Notes: generated by a model from the sequence alone, not told the origin. DNA of 60,505 nt from Patescibacteria group bacterium (GCA_035457005.1 DATICB010000017.1:1-60505), one strand, 5' to 3'. Shown: positions 7,536 through 19,660, counted from the stretch's first letter. Numbers and translations: made by a program.

Positions 7536-8287
7536 GTTATTGCTATGATACAATGGTACATATGGAAGCACTGCTTTTTTCTGTTCTCACCTTCTTTTCA
7601 ACCGTTTTCGGGGGGTTACTTGCATTAAAAAACAAAGAGAGACTTCACTTAATTATGAGTCTTACGGCTGGTGTCTTGGTAGGTGTTGCATTTTTTGATA
7701 TTTTGCCAGAAATGTTTCATTTGGCAGTTGATGCGCATTTAGACATAACTCCTGGACTTCTTATGTTGGTTGGTGGATTTTTGCTTATTCATGTTTTGGA
7801 GAAGTTGGCAATCATTAATCATGCGCACGAAGATGAATATGTTGAACACAAGCATCCAACAGTTGGACTGATTAGTGCAACTGGACTTTCTATCCACAGC
7901 TTTTTAGACGGTGTGGGAATAGGTCTTGGATTTCATGTAAGCTCGTCTGTTGGTATTTTGATTGCCATTGCAGTGATTGCGCATGATTTTTCTGATGGCT
8001 TAAATACTGTAACGCTTATGCTGACCCACAAAAATACCAGCAAGAAAGCACTACTTCTTTTATTGGTTGATGCAACAACACCTGTTTTGGGTGCACTGTC
8101 GACCTATCTTTTTACTATTCCACAAAATGTTTTGCTTTTGTATTTAGGATTTTTTGCAGGATTTCTTCTCTACATTGGTGCGTCAGATTTACTTCCCGAG
8201 GCTCATTCCAAGCACTCATCTTGGTATATGCTGCTTCTTACTGTAGCAGGCGCAGGGTTTATCTTCCTGGTCACAAGGCTTCTCTAG
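7532..8287 (+). CDS. ZIP-family divalent metal transporter (ZupT-like)
   Basis: Motifs HSFLDGVGIGLGF and IAHDFSDGLNTV, with multiple TM helices. GTG 7532 overlaps the acyP stop. ATG 7553 or 7562 are alternative starts. Confidence 0.85.
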   Translation: MSYCYDTMVHMEALLFSVLTFFSTVFGGLLALKNKERLHLIMSLTAGVLVGVAFFDILPEMFHLAVDAHLDITPGLLMLVGGFLLIHVLEKLAIINHAHEDEYVEHKHPTVGLISATGLSIHSFLDGVGIGLGFHVSSSVGILIAIAVIAHDFSDGLNTVTLMLTHKNTSKKALLLLLVDATTPVLGALSTYLFTIPQNVLLLYLGFFAGFLLYIGASDLLPEAHSKHSSWYMLLLTVAGAGFIFLVTRLL

Positions 8288-8288
8288 C

Positions 8289-8819
8289 TTATCTCTTGCA
8301 GTAGATACTCTCTCTGAGTTGTCTGAGCATGTAGAATGCAGAAAAAAGAAGGAAGATAACAGACAGAATGCGCAGTTCTAATCCATGAAAAGGAAGAAGT
8401 CCAATACTTGTCCCTAGTCCTAATACAGACAGGAGAGAGAGTCCGCACGATGTACATCCTGTGGTAAAAAGCCCAACCAGTGCTGCACCACCAATAGACA
8501 TGTGCAATTTTCCAAGTACACGAAGTTGAGAAAGTGTTTTGATAATAAGAAGTGTATTTATCCCCACAAGCACAGCAGTGCAAAGGAAAAGCACTGTGTC
8601 AAAGGGGGAGAAGGCAGTAAAAATACCAGAGAGAAGGGAGAGGAAAATATTTATGCGATCTTTAAAGGGAAAACTCTCTGATGCTAAGACAAGCCGATAA
8701 TTCAAAAGAAATGTAATGAGTATTACATAAGAGCTGGCAAAAAGGGCAATCAAGACAAGACTAGTAACTGAGGCGAGTTCTCGCAGACCGATAGAGAGAA
8801 GAGAAGGTATTTTGGGCAT
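8289..8819 (-). CDS. polytopic membrane protein with an intramembrane CxxC (GCTSCG)
   Basis: 176-aa ORF with 5-6 hydrophobic helices. The motif LFTTGCTSCGLSLLSVLG lies within a helix. It neighbours a DsbA-like gene. Confidence 0.6.
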   Translation of the reverse strand: MPKIPSLLSIGLRELASVTSLVLIALFASSYVILITFLLNYRLVLASESFPFKDRINIFLSLLSGIFTAFSPFDTVLFLCTAVLVGINTLLIIKTLSQLRVLGKLHMSIGGAALVGLFTTGCTSCGLSLLSVLGLGTSIGLLPFHGLELRILSVIFLLFSAFYMLRQLRESIYCKR

Positions 8820-8867
8820 ATGATTGAGTATAGCAAGTATGTGACATTTTTCATATGCATATAGGTA

Positions 8868-8895
8868 TTGACAATTTTATATATTATCTTATAAT
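8868..8895 (+). promoter_or_regulatory. sigma70-like promoter (TTGACA-16-TATAAT)
   Basis: TTGACA 8868-8873 and TATAAT 8890-8895. The ATG at 8907 lies 11 nt downstream with no Shine-Dalgarno. Confidence 0.55.
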
Positions 8896-8906
8896 GCGTA
8901 TATCAT

Positions 8907-9164
8907 ATGCCAAAAAGACAAAGATCAGAAGAGCAAATATTTGACCCGAGAGATGTAGAAAAAGCTGCGGGTCATTTTGGATTCTTTGCTCGACAAAGAC
9001 TAACAAGAGCTGCAAGAAAAGCAGGAGGTGTAGGGAGATTAACTGTTGTAGAAACCCCAAGGGGTCAGCATGACGTTTGGACGACAACCGTGGAAGAGGG
9101 TCGTCATAAAGGCCAGCCTGCTGTATACGCAGTTATGAGACCAAGACATCCAAGACACTCATAG
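8907..9164 (+). CDS. small basic disordered-type protein (85 aa)
   Basis: Translation begins MPKRQRSEEQIFDPRD and ends MRPRHPRHS. It has a strong promoter and a very short leader. Confidence 0.45.
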   Translation: MPKRQRSEEQIFDPRDVEKAAGHFGFFARQRLTRAARKAGGVGRLTVVETPRGQHDVWTTTVEEGRHKGQPAVYAVMRPRHPRHS

Positions 9165-9257
9165 GTTTTTGAATTTGTAGCATTCGATTTCCACTTTTAA
9201 TTCACTAATTTTCTTATTAAATAAAAACAAAAAATCTCTAACGAGTAGTAACAGACA

Positions 9258-10052
9258 TTATTTACTCAGTGCGGCGTCAATTGCAGATTTAAATGCTGTA
9301 TATGGTTGTGCGCCCACAACTGGAACGCCATTAATAAAGACTGTTGGAGTACCGTTGACACCTGCTTTTTGTCCATCTGCTAAGTCGGCTTGAGCGTCTT
9401 TCGCATATTTATCTGAATCTAAGCAACTGTTGAACTGATCAGTGTTTAAGCCCATATCTGCTGCAAACTTCTTAAGATTGTCTTTGCTGAATGTTCCGGA
9501 ATTTTCCTGACCCTGATGATTGTACAAATAATCATGATAGTCCCAGAATTTACCTTGCTCATTAGCACATCGTGCTGCATTTGCTGCGTCAGTACTCTCT
9601 TGTCCTAGGAATGGATAGTCTCTCCAATAGAATGCGATTTTTCCTGTTTTTACGTAGTCGTTAACAAGATTTGCTTCAACTGTTTTAAACCATTGTTCGC
9701 AGAAAGGGCACTGGAAGTCTGCAAATTCAACGACTTTTACTTTTGCATCTTTATTTCCCATGACCGGCAAATTACCAACAGAAACATCAACAGGTGTTCC
9801 GGGAGCAACAGATGGTTGTGCTCCAGCAGTCTGGGTTCCACCAGCTGGAACAGCAGCGGTACCGCTTAAATACTGGACTTTGGTAACAAGCATTCCTAAA
9901 AGAAATGATGCTACCAAAAGAAGACCCATCAAAACAGGTGTCCATGACTTTGGCAAAGGAATTTTACTTGGAAGCGTAAATGAAAATGTTCGTTTAGGAG
10001 TTGCCGCTTGTACTGCTTGAGATGGTTTTTCTGCTTGTTTGCGTGTTGGCAT
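9258..10052 (-). CDS. membrane-anchored DsbA-like thiol:disulfide oxidoreductase
   Basis: N-terminal TM helix (VLMGLLLVASFLLGMLV) and thioredoxin-fold active site FADFQCPFCEQW. Confidence 0.85.
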   Translation of the reverse strand: MPTRKQAEKPSQAVQAATPKRTFSFTLPSKIPLPKSWTPVLMGLLLVASFLLGMLVTKVQYLSGTAAVPAGGTQTAGAQPSVAPGTPVDVSVGNLPVMGNKDAKVKVVEFADFQCPFCEQWFKTVEANLVNDYVKTGKIAFYWRDYPFLGQESTDAANAARCANEQGKFWDYHDYLYNHQGQENSGTFSKDNLKKFAADMGLNTDQFNSCLDSDKYAKDAQADLADGQKAGVNGTPTVFINGVPVVGAQPYTAFKSAIDAALSK

Positions 10053-10116
10053 AGTACCCAGTATACGGATTCCCCTAAAGAATTGTCAATAGTATAAAAA
10101 AAGAAAGCAAGAAAAT

Positions 10117-11160
10117 TTGACTCACTTACGCAAACAGTTCTATAGTGGAAGTATTGTGAAAACAGTTTTCTTTGAAGTAGAGGAGTGGGAAAAGCCTTTT
10201 CTTAAGCAACACGTTGGGAAAGATATGGTATTGGTTGAGGATTTGCTGACTCCAGAAACAGCAAGCGCACATGCTGATGCAGAAATTATTTCAACATTTA
10301 TCACCTCACCTGTGGATAAAAATGTCCTCTCCAAAATGCCACATCTTAAGTATATAACCACCCGCTCAACAGGATTTGACCATATAGATTTGGCGTACTG
10401 TAAAGAAAAAGATATTGTGGTAAGTAATGTGCCCTCATATGGCGTACACACGGTTGCCGAGCATACCTTTGGGCTTATATTGGCTCTTGCTAAAAAACTG
10501 ATTCCATCAATTGAGCAGACCAGACGGGGTGATTTTTCACTAAGTGGTTTGGAGGGAATTGATTTAAATGGCAAAACGCTTGGCGTTATTGGTGCCGGAA
10601 AAATTGGGACTATGGTTATTCATTTGGCCAGGGCATTTGGTATGCATGTATTGGTCTATACCCGTCATCCAAAGCCTCAGGAAAATCATAATGTGGAATT
10701 CCTCACAAGTTTAGAGAGTCTTTTGGGAAGGTCTGATTTTGTCACGCTTCATCTGCCCTTAACACCTGAAACCAAACATTTTATTAACAAAAAAAATATC
10801 GGATTTTTCAAAAAAGGCGCGTACCTTATTAATACAGCACGCGGTGGACTCGTGGAAACAGAAGCTCTTCTTGATGCACTTGCGAAAAAACAATTGGCAG
10901 GCGCAGGGCTTGATGTATTGGAAGATGAATGTGATATCCGCGAAGAAAGAGAGCTATTGTCTTCTGAATTTTTAAAATCCTGCGATTTAAAGACTCAGCT
11001 TATGCAGCACATGCTTTTAAACCGCGATGATGTCCTAGTGACGCCCCACAAAGCATTTGACACCAAAGAAGCAATTGAAGAAATTCTGGAAACAACCATG
11101 AGTAATATTAAACATTTCGAAGAAGGAAAGCCGCAGAATATGGTGGAAGTTTCTGATTGA
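10117..11160 (+). CDS. D-isomer-specific 2-hydroxyacid dehydrogenase (NAD-binding)
   Basis: Motifs GVIGAGKIGTMV, NTARGGLV and VLVTPH. The start is uncertain: TTG 10117 or in-frame GTG 10156. Confidence 0.85.
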   Translation: MTHLRKQFYSGSIVKTVFFEVEEWEKPFLKQHVGKDMVLVEDLLTPETASAHADAEIISTFITSPVDKNVLSKMPHLKYITTRSTGFDHIDLAYCKEKDIVVSNVPSYGVHTVAEHTFGLILALAKKLIPSIEQTRRGDFSLSGLEGIDLNGKTLGVIGAGKIGTMVIHLARAFGMHVLVYTRHPKPQENHNVEFLTSLESLLGRSDFVTLHLPLTPETKHFINKKNIGFFKKGAYLINTARGGLVETEALLDALAKKQLAGAGLDVLEDECDIREERELLSSEFLKSCDLKTQLMQHMLLNRDDVLVTPHKAFDTKEAIEEILETTMSNIKHFEEGKPQNMVEVSD

Positions 11161-11206
11161 TAAATTCTTGCCTCAGGTTGCATAAAGTTTTATAATCACA
11201 GCATCT

Positions 11207-12829
11207 ATGGAAGAAGCTGCAGTTGTTGTTGAGCAGACGCCAGAAAAAGAAGCAGAGCCAGTCATATTTTCTCCTGTTGCAGAGAGTCTGCTGTCTGTTT
11301 TTGCCCAAAAAGAATCTCCTAATCATGAGCCCAAAATTACCGTCAATCGATTTGTTTCGGAAGTTGCCAATTGGTATGAAAAGTTGCGAAATGCCATGGA
11401 TTATCGGGACGAGGAAGTAGTACTTCGTGCATCAATTGAAAGAATCTTAAAAAGACGACTCGGGATGAAGCGAAATAGTACACAAAAAGGCCTCTCTGTT
11501 GCCGAACCACTTCTAAAAGAATTGGTGTGGGCGCATTATTTTCCCAATGGCACACTGCCTGAAAGTTACACACAAAAAGTGGGGGATATTATTGATGTCT
11601 GGGTGAGGTGGAGAAAAGGAGTAAAGGCACGATATGTTATGCGCGATGGAGTTTTGAATTTGTGGTTTTACCAGCTCTTATCATCGCACATTGCGCGGTT
11701 TTTAAATCCGCAAGTGCACAGAAATACCATGAGTAATTTTATGTTTTTTGTCATGAAAGACGAAATACATATTTCCGATGATTCTGTCGAACAAAAAGAT
11801 GTTCAGGTCTATTTAGCTGTAAGACGTGCGTATGCAAAAGATGATATAGCATTTCTCCGTTTTGCACTTTTCGAACAAATTTTTGGTTCGCTATCTATTC
11901 ACACTGTTGAGTCGGCAATTCACGGATTTAAACATGGATATCAGGAAATAAAAAAACAATTATCGTACAAATTAAAAGAAAAAATTTATCAAAACATAAA
12001 AAAACAAACGCCTGTTTTTCTTATTTTAGAAGACGTGTTGGCAAGTAAAAAAGGGAAGATAGAAGAACTTTTTGGTAATGAAGAGGAGTTTCAAAAAGCA
12101 GTGTATGATGCATGTGACAAACGATATAAAAGCATAAGGCGAAAAGTGTCACTCGCAATTTTACGAAATGTTGTTTTTTTACTTGTTACCAAAGCAATTT
12201 TTGCTTTAGCAATTGAAGGAACATATGATAAGTATGTCTATGGCAATATTGGGTGGTTGTCAATTCTTCTGAACATTGGCATTCCGCCGATTCTTCTTAT
12301 CATTGTAAGTCTTCTTATTACACAGCCAAAAGAAGATAACTCAAAAAGAATTTTGGATAAAATAAAAATAGTCTTGACAGAGGAGTCGCCAAAAATTACT
12401 CCTGTTTTTGTTGTTGCGAAAAAACCTAAAAAAACAGCAATGCATTACGTCTTTGCCTGTTTGTGGTTTTTGGCATTTTTCTTAAGTTTTGGTACGATGC
12501 AAAGCATTCTTTCGTCCTTGCATTTTAATATTGTGAGCCAGGCTGTTTTTATTTTCTTTATCGCAATAGTCAGCTTCTTGGCATACGGTATTTCGTCAAC
12601 AGCGCATCAGTATATGGTTGATCCCAAGCCAGGACTTTTTACGCCTTTCATCGACTTTTTATTTATTCCGATTGTTCGGGTTGGCAGGTGGTTTACCGAT
12701 GGCATTTCTTCAATCAATGTTATTGTTTTTCTCTTTGATTACGTAATAGAAATTCCTTTTAAAGCAATTTTTGGATTTTTTGATCAGCTTTTCTGGTATT
12801 TACATACAAAAAGAGAAGAGCTGGAATAA
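11207..12829 (+). CDS. large membrane protein, function unknown
   Basis: 540-aa ORF with a soluble N-terminal half and 5-6 C-terminal TM helices. Confidence 0.7.
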   Translation: MEEAAVVVEQTPEKEAEPVIFSPVAESLLSVFAQKESPNHEPKITVNRFVSEVANWYEKLRNAMDYRDEEVVLRASIERILKRRLGMKRNSTQKGLSVAEPLLKELVWAHYFPNGTLPESYTQKVGDIIDVWVRWRKGVKARYVMRDGVLNLWFYQLLSSHIARFLNPQVHRNTMSNFMFFVMKDEIHISDDSVEQKDVQVYLAVRRAYAKDDIAFLRFALFEQIFGSLSIHTVESAIHGFKHGYQEIKKQLSYKLKEKIYQNIKKQTPVFLILEDVLASKKGKIEELFGNEEEFQKAVYDACDKRYKSIRRKVSLAILRNVVFLLVTKAIFALAIEGTYDKYVYGNIGWLSILLNIGIPPILLIIVSLLITQPKEDNSKRILDKIKIVLTEESPKITPVFVVAKKPKKTAMHYVFACLWFLAFFLSFGTMQSILSSLHFNIVSQAVFIFFIAIVSFLAYGISSTAHQYMVDPKPGLFTPFIDFLFIPIVRVGRWFTDGISSINVIVFLFDYVIEIPFKAIFGFFDQLFWYLHTKREELE

Positions 12830-12899
12830 ATTTTTCTAAAAAATGCTTAAAGTTATGTTATGTAAAGATTTTTACAAAGGATAATGTGCATCTGTTTTC

Positions 12900-12929
12900 T
12901 TGACTCTAGCCTGAATTATTTGCTAAAAT
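12900..12929 (+). promoter_or_regulatory. sigma70-like promoter (TTGACT-18-TAAAAT), ATG 6 nt downstream
   Basis: TTGACT 12900-12905, TAAAAT 12924-12929, ATG 12936. Confidence 0.5.
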
Positions 12930-12935
12930 GTCATT

Positions 12936-13193
12936 ATGGGGAGTGGACTGCGCGAATCAGGAGTTACGTTGTGCACTATGTATTTAGATGGTCCTGGTGG
13001 GAAGAAGTTGACTGTTGGGACTGGGTATCGTGTTACATTTCGCCAGGAAGGAGTAACGATTTCTGACTACACATATTCTGGTGGCGGTGGAAGTGTAGAG
13101 CCTAATTATGGACCTGTGACTGTAGTTGGGCATAGGGAGAGAAGAAAACCAGTAGCTGGTATGTCAGGTTGGTATGTGACACACAGTTTGTAA
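12936..13193 (+). CDS. small protein, paralogue 1 (85 aa, GPGG motif)
   Basis: Motifs LDGPGGKKLTVGTG, ISDYTYSGGGG and GMSGWYVTHS. Paralogous to 13287..13562. Confidence 0.5.
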   Translation: MGSGLRESGVTLCTMYLDGPGGKKLTVGTGYRVTFRQEGVTISDYTYSGGGGSVEPNYGPVTVVGHRERRKPVAGMSGWYVTHSL

Positions 13194-13250
13194 AAGTATT
13201 AGATACATTAATATCCTCGCGCATTGTTTTTTAACAACGTCTATAGAGAC

Positions 13251-13279
13251 TTGCTTTTCTTCTGAAGTGTAATTATAAT
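13251..13279 (+). promoter_or_regulatory. sigma70-like promoter (TTGCTT-17-TATAAT), ATG 7 nt downstream
   Basis: TTGCTT 13251-13256, TATAAT 13274-13279, ATG 13287. Confidence 0.55.
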
Positions 13280-13286
13280 AGACACC

Positions 13287-13562
13287 ATGGTAGAAAGACC
13301 TTTCCAAAGACCTTTCCAAGGAACGATACGATATTGCGATACAGATTTAATTGGACCTGGTGGAAACGTTATGGGGACAGTTTTAACAGGACTAAGTAAT
13401 ATTTTTTCAACAGAGGAAGGACAAGTAGAACTTACAGACTTTGGCTATAGTTTTGGTGGGGAGGTTAATGTTATGAGCTCTGGTATTCGGACTAAAGTTA
13501 GAGTAAGTACAACACAAATAAAAGGTATGCCAAACGGTTACCGTATAAGACACAGGGATTAA
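13287..13562 (+). CDS. small protein, paralogue 2 (91 aa, GPGG motif)
   Basis: Motifs LIGPGGNVMGTV, LTDFGYSFGGE and GMPNGYRIRHR. Confidence 0.5.
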   Translation: MVERPFQRPFQGTIRYCDTDLIGPGGNVMGTVLTGLSNIFSTEEGQVELTDFGYSFGGEVNVMSSGIRTKVRVSTTQIKGMPNGYRIRHRD

Positions 13563-13702
13563 TCAAGAGGAAATCATCCTCTGCAATTTTATAACAAGCC
13601 TCCGTTATTATTTTGCTCATTGCGCCTGTTTGCTGCTGTAGTTGTTGAAAGCAAGAAAAGCAATGCGGGAAGCTTCCGGGCCACTTTCCAAAAAGATAGG
13701 TA

Positions 13703-13731
13703 TTGCAAAAAATAAAAAAAGGCGATAGGAT
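13703..13731 (+). promoter_or_regulatory. sigma70-like promoter of trxA (TTGCAA-17-TAGGAT)
   Basis: TTGCAA 13703-13708, TAGGAT 13726-13731, ATG 13743. No Shine-Dalgarno in the 11-nt gap. Confidence 0.45.
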
Positions 13732-13742
13732 AAATAGCACAT

Positions 13743-14063
13743 ATGGCTGACGTCACTGATCAAAATTTCCAAGACCAAGTATTAAAATCCTCAAAGCCTG
13801 TTCTGGTTGATTTCTGGGCTCCATGGTGTGGCCCATGCAAAATTGTTGGCCCAATTGTAGAGGAATTGGCACAGGAATACAAAGATAAAGTCGATGTAGT
13901 CAAGATGAATGTCGATGATAATCCGCAAGTTTCAGGTCAATATGGTGTTATGAGTATTCCAACACTCATGGTGTTTAAAAATGGTCAACCGATTAAATCC
14001 ACTATTGGTGCACAGCCAAAAGAGGCACTCAAACACATGGTTGATGAAGCAATAGCCGCATAA
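13743..14063 (+). CDS. trxA: thioredoxin
   Basis: WAPWCGPCK active site. 106 aa. Confidence 0.95.
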   Translation: MADVTDQNFQDQVLKSSKPVLVDFWAPWCGPCKIVGPIVEELAQEYKDKVDVVKMNVDDNPQVSGQYGVMSIPTLMVFKNGQPIKSTIGAQPKEALKHMVDEAIAA

Positions 14064-14144
14064 GCTTGGTTTCGCTTTGCTCAACTCCAGGGCAAGCTTG
14101 CTGCATATGAATTGGCCTTCGGCAAAGCAGTAACTTAATTCCAT

Positions 14145-14336
14145 ATGACAGAAGCAGATCATCCCTATAATCCACAACATGACCCTGTTGATCCATGTCA
14201 TGGCGGAAAAGATATTCCAGTTCATAGAAGTAATGTGAATGGAAAAGGTCCCGAAGTTTTGGAAAGATTTGTGCCATATGACTCAAAAAGAAAAACACAC
14301 AATCCCCAAAGACAAGGAGTACCAAGCACGAATTAA
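14145..14336 (+). CDS. small Pro/His/Asp-rich protein (63 aa) with an MTE start
   Basis: Translation begins MTEADHPYNPQHDPVDPCHGGKD. It shares the ATGACNGAAG start with three other small ORFs. Confidence 0.35.
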   Translation: MTEADHPYNPQHDPVDPCHGGKDIPVHRSNVNGKGPEVLERFVPYDSKRKTHNPQRQGVPSTN

Positions 14337-14400
14337 GAGTAAAATTTGTTTTTTTGTTGTTGATATTAATGGGATTTGTTTGTACTATTGGTAGTATTCT

Positions 14401-15327
14401 ATGGATATGTATGATGTGATCATTGTTGGCTCTGGACCCTCTGGTTTGACTGCTGCAATCTATGCAACCCGCGCTTCTTTAAAAACCGTTGTTATTGCTG
14501 GTCTTAAATGGGGTGGGCAACTGCAATTGACTACAGAAGTAGAGAATTTTCCAGGATTTGATGAGGCGATTCAAGGACCGGATTTAATGCTGAAAATGCG
14601 AAAACAGGCAGAAAAATTTGGTGCTGAATTTGTCCAAGCAGATATGGATCCAACCGATTTTTCCAAAATGAGTGGTGGACCATTTACAGTGACTGCAGCT
14701 GGCAAAACTTTTACTGGCAAGACACTTCTTATTGCAACAGGGGCAGATGCCAAAACGCTTGGGGTTCCAGGTGAGGGGAAGTTGACAGGCCATGGAGTAT
14801 CTTATTGTGCAACGTGTGACGGTGCGTTTTTCCGCAACAAAAATATTATTGTTGTTGGTGGGGGAGATTCTGCAATGGAGGAGGCTAATTTTCTTACCAA
14901 TTTTGCGGCAAGCGTTACTATTGTGCATAGACGAGACGAGTTTAAAGCCTCACAAATTATGTCTGAAAGGTGCAAAAATAATCCAAAGATCAAATTTCTC
15001 TTAAACTCCCAAATTACCGAAGTAAAAGGGGAGGGGCGCGTGCAATCGGTTATGATTCAAAATACCCAAACCCGACAGACGCAAGAAATGCCAATAGATG
15101 GTGTTTTTGTGGCTATTGGACACAGTCCAAATACCAAGATTTTTCAGGGAATTGAAGTGACTGAGCGGGGTTTTGTCAAAGCGCAAAGTGGCACACACAC
15201 TAATATTGAAGGTATTTTTGTGTCAGGAGACGTAGAAGATAGTAGATACATGCAAGCAATCACCGCTGCGGGGTTTGGTTGTATGGCAGCACTGGATATT
15301 GAACGCTACTTGGCTGAAAAAAGGTAA
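14401..15327 (+). CDS. trxB: thioredoxin-disulfide reductase
   Basis: FAD motif GSGPSGLTAAIYA, redox centre CATCDG, and GGGDSAMEEA. Confidence 0.95.
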   Translation: MDMYDVIIVGSGPSGLTAAIYATRASLKTVVIAGLKWGGQLQLTTEVENFPGFDEAIQGPDLMLKMRKQAEKFGAEFVQADMDPTDFSKMSGGPFTVTAAGKTFTGKTLLIATGADAKTLGVPGEGKLTGHGVSYCATCDGAFFRNKNIIVVGGGDSAMEEANFLTNFAASVTIVHRRDEFKASQIMSERCKNNPKIKFLLNSQITEVKGEGRVQSVMIQNTQTRQTQEMPIDGVFVAIGHSPNTKIFQGIEVTERGFVKAQSGTHTNIEGIFVSGDVEDSRYMQAITAAGFGCMAALDIERYLAEKR

Positions 15328-15345
15328 GTTGTGTCTTTCTTCTGC

Positions 15346-15374
15346 TTGACACTTTTTGGAGGCTGTGGTAAGAT
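15346..15374 (+). promoter_or_regulatory. candidate rRNA-operon promoter (TTGACA-17-TAAGAT)
   Basis: TTGACA 15346-15351 and TAAGAT 15369-15374, about 190 nt upstream of tRNA-Ala. Confidence 0.45.
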
Positions 15375-15519
15375 CGTCATTGGAACCAAAATTGGTTGCT
15401 TATGATAAGAATTTTTCAAGTAAATTTATTCCCTTTGCGGGCTTCTTGATGTCTTTATAAAGCTTTCTTTTGGTCTCCTGGTTGCTCTTTTATTATTTGG
15501 ATTGGAAGGTAGGCGATAT

Positions 15520-15554
15520 GCAATAAGCCAAAAGCCATTTGCCATAAGCCACTA
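15520..15554 (+). repeat. 7-nt-periodic array (GCCAnnn)x5 just upstream of tRNA-Ala(UGC)
   Basis: The units are gcaataa gccaaaa gccattt gccataa gccacta. Confidence 0.8.
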
Positions 15555-15566
15555 TCCTTTTTTTTT

Positions 15567-15639
15567 GGGCCGGTAGCTTAGTTGGTAGAGCGTCGCTTTT
15601 GCATAGCGAAGGTCGAGAGTTCGAATCTCTTCCGGTCCA
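15567..15639 (+). tRNA. tRNA-Ala (anticodon UGC)
   Basis: Hand-folded cloverleaf: acceptor GGGCCGG/CCGGTCC with the G3:U70 alanine identity pair, anticodon loop TTTGCAT, T-loop TTCGAAT, discriminator A. CCA is not encoded exactly; the sequence reads ACCCA. Confidence 0.9.
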
Positions 15640-15727
15640 CCCATTCGTCGCTTTGCTCCTCAGGGCAAGCTTCGAATTAACGGTTGGACAAGGAGAAATG
15701 AGAAGTTTATCCCGAAGAAATGAGGGA

Positions 15728-15744
15728 AATCTCTTCCGGTCCAC
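15728..15744 (+). repeat. 17-nt perfect duplicate of the tRNA-Ala 3' end
   Basis: aatctcttccggtccac occurs at 15624-15640 and again at 15728-15744. The ~35 nt following each copy are also similar. Confidence 0.9.
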
Positions 15745-16007
15745 TCATTTCGTTCAGGCTTGTTTTCTTGGACAAGCTCCCTAGTTTAGAGGGGGCTTTT
15801 CCAAGTTTAAAAGCTTGGGCTCTTTAATCCTCCTACGCTCTTTGAGCTACGGAAGGATTGAAAAGTTAAATCACTTTCTAAGGTAATGATTGGGCTTGCC
15901 CTCTCGAAGCTTTAGCGAAGTGGGGCTCTTTAACAAGTGAAGAGAAATCTCGTATTCGCGAGCATACAAAAGGTCGTCATCCGACCTTTCGCGTATACGG
16001 GAATTTA

Positions 16008-19330
<3,323 letters not shown>

Positions 19331-19440
19331 CTGATCCGTTTAAAATCGGGTTTTTCTCTTCCTTGTTAAAGAGCGTTAATTGGTCGCTAGCAGCTGGTCA
19401 TCAGTTGCTGGCAAGCGTTCATTAATAACTAAAAATTAAT

Positions 19441-19468
19441 AAAGACTATTAGCTAAAGACTAATAGCC
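19441..19468 (+). repeat. 7-nt-periodic array upstream of 5S
   Basis: The units are aaagact attagct aaagact aatagcc. Confidence 0.7.
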
Positions 19469-19486
19469 AGTTTTGTGTTGAAGCTT

Positions 19487-19597
19487 CGGTCTCTGGAGCG
19501 TAGTGGCACCACCTCTTCCCATTCCGAACAGAGTCGTGAAACACTTCAGCGTTGACGATACTAGATCTTTACGTTCTGGGACAATAGATCGAGGCCG
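19487..19597 (+). rRNA. rrf: 5S rRNA
   Basis: Conserved CCCATTCCGAAC block. Helix I is CGGTCTC/GAGGCCG. An extended precursor stem is TTTTGTGTTGAAG/CTTGAACACAAAA. Confidence 0.85.
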
Positions 19598-19622
19598 GGA
19601 CTTGAACACAAAACGTAAATTA

Positions 19623-19647
19623 CCTTCACGCAAGTGGAGGTTTTTTA
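19623..19647 (+). terminator. rho-independent terminator after 5S
   Basis: ccttcac-gcaa-gtggagg followed by tttttt. Confidence 0.65.
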
Positions 19648-19660
19648 TTGGTTGAGAATA

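Noticed and set aside
15493-15784. ORFs 15493-15744 (-) and 15599-15784 (+).
   Set aside because: They overlap tRNA-Ala(UGC) and its duplicated trailer, so they are non-coding.
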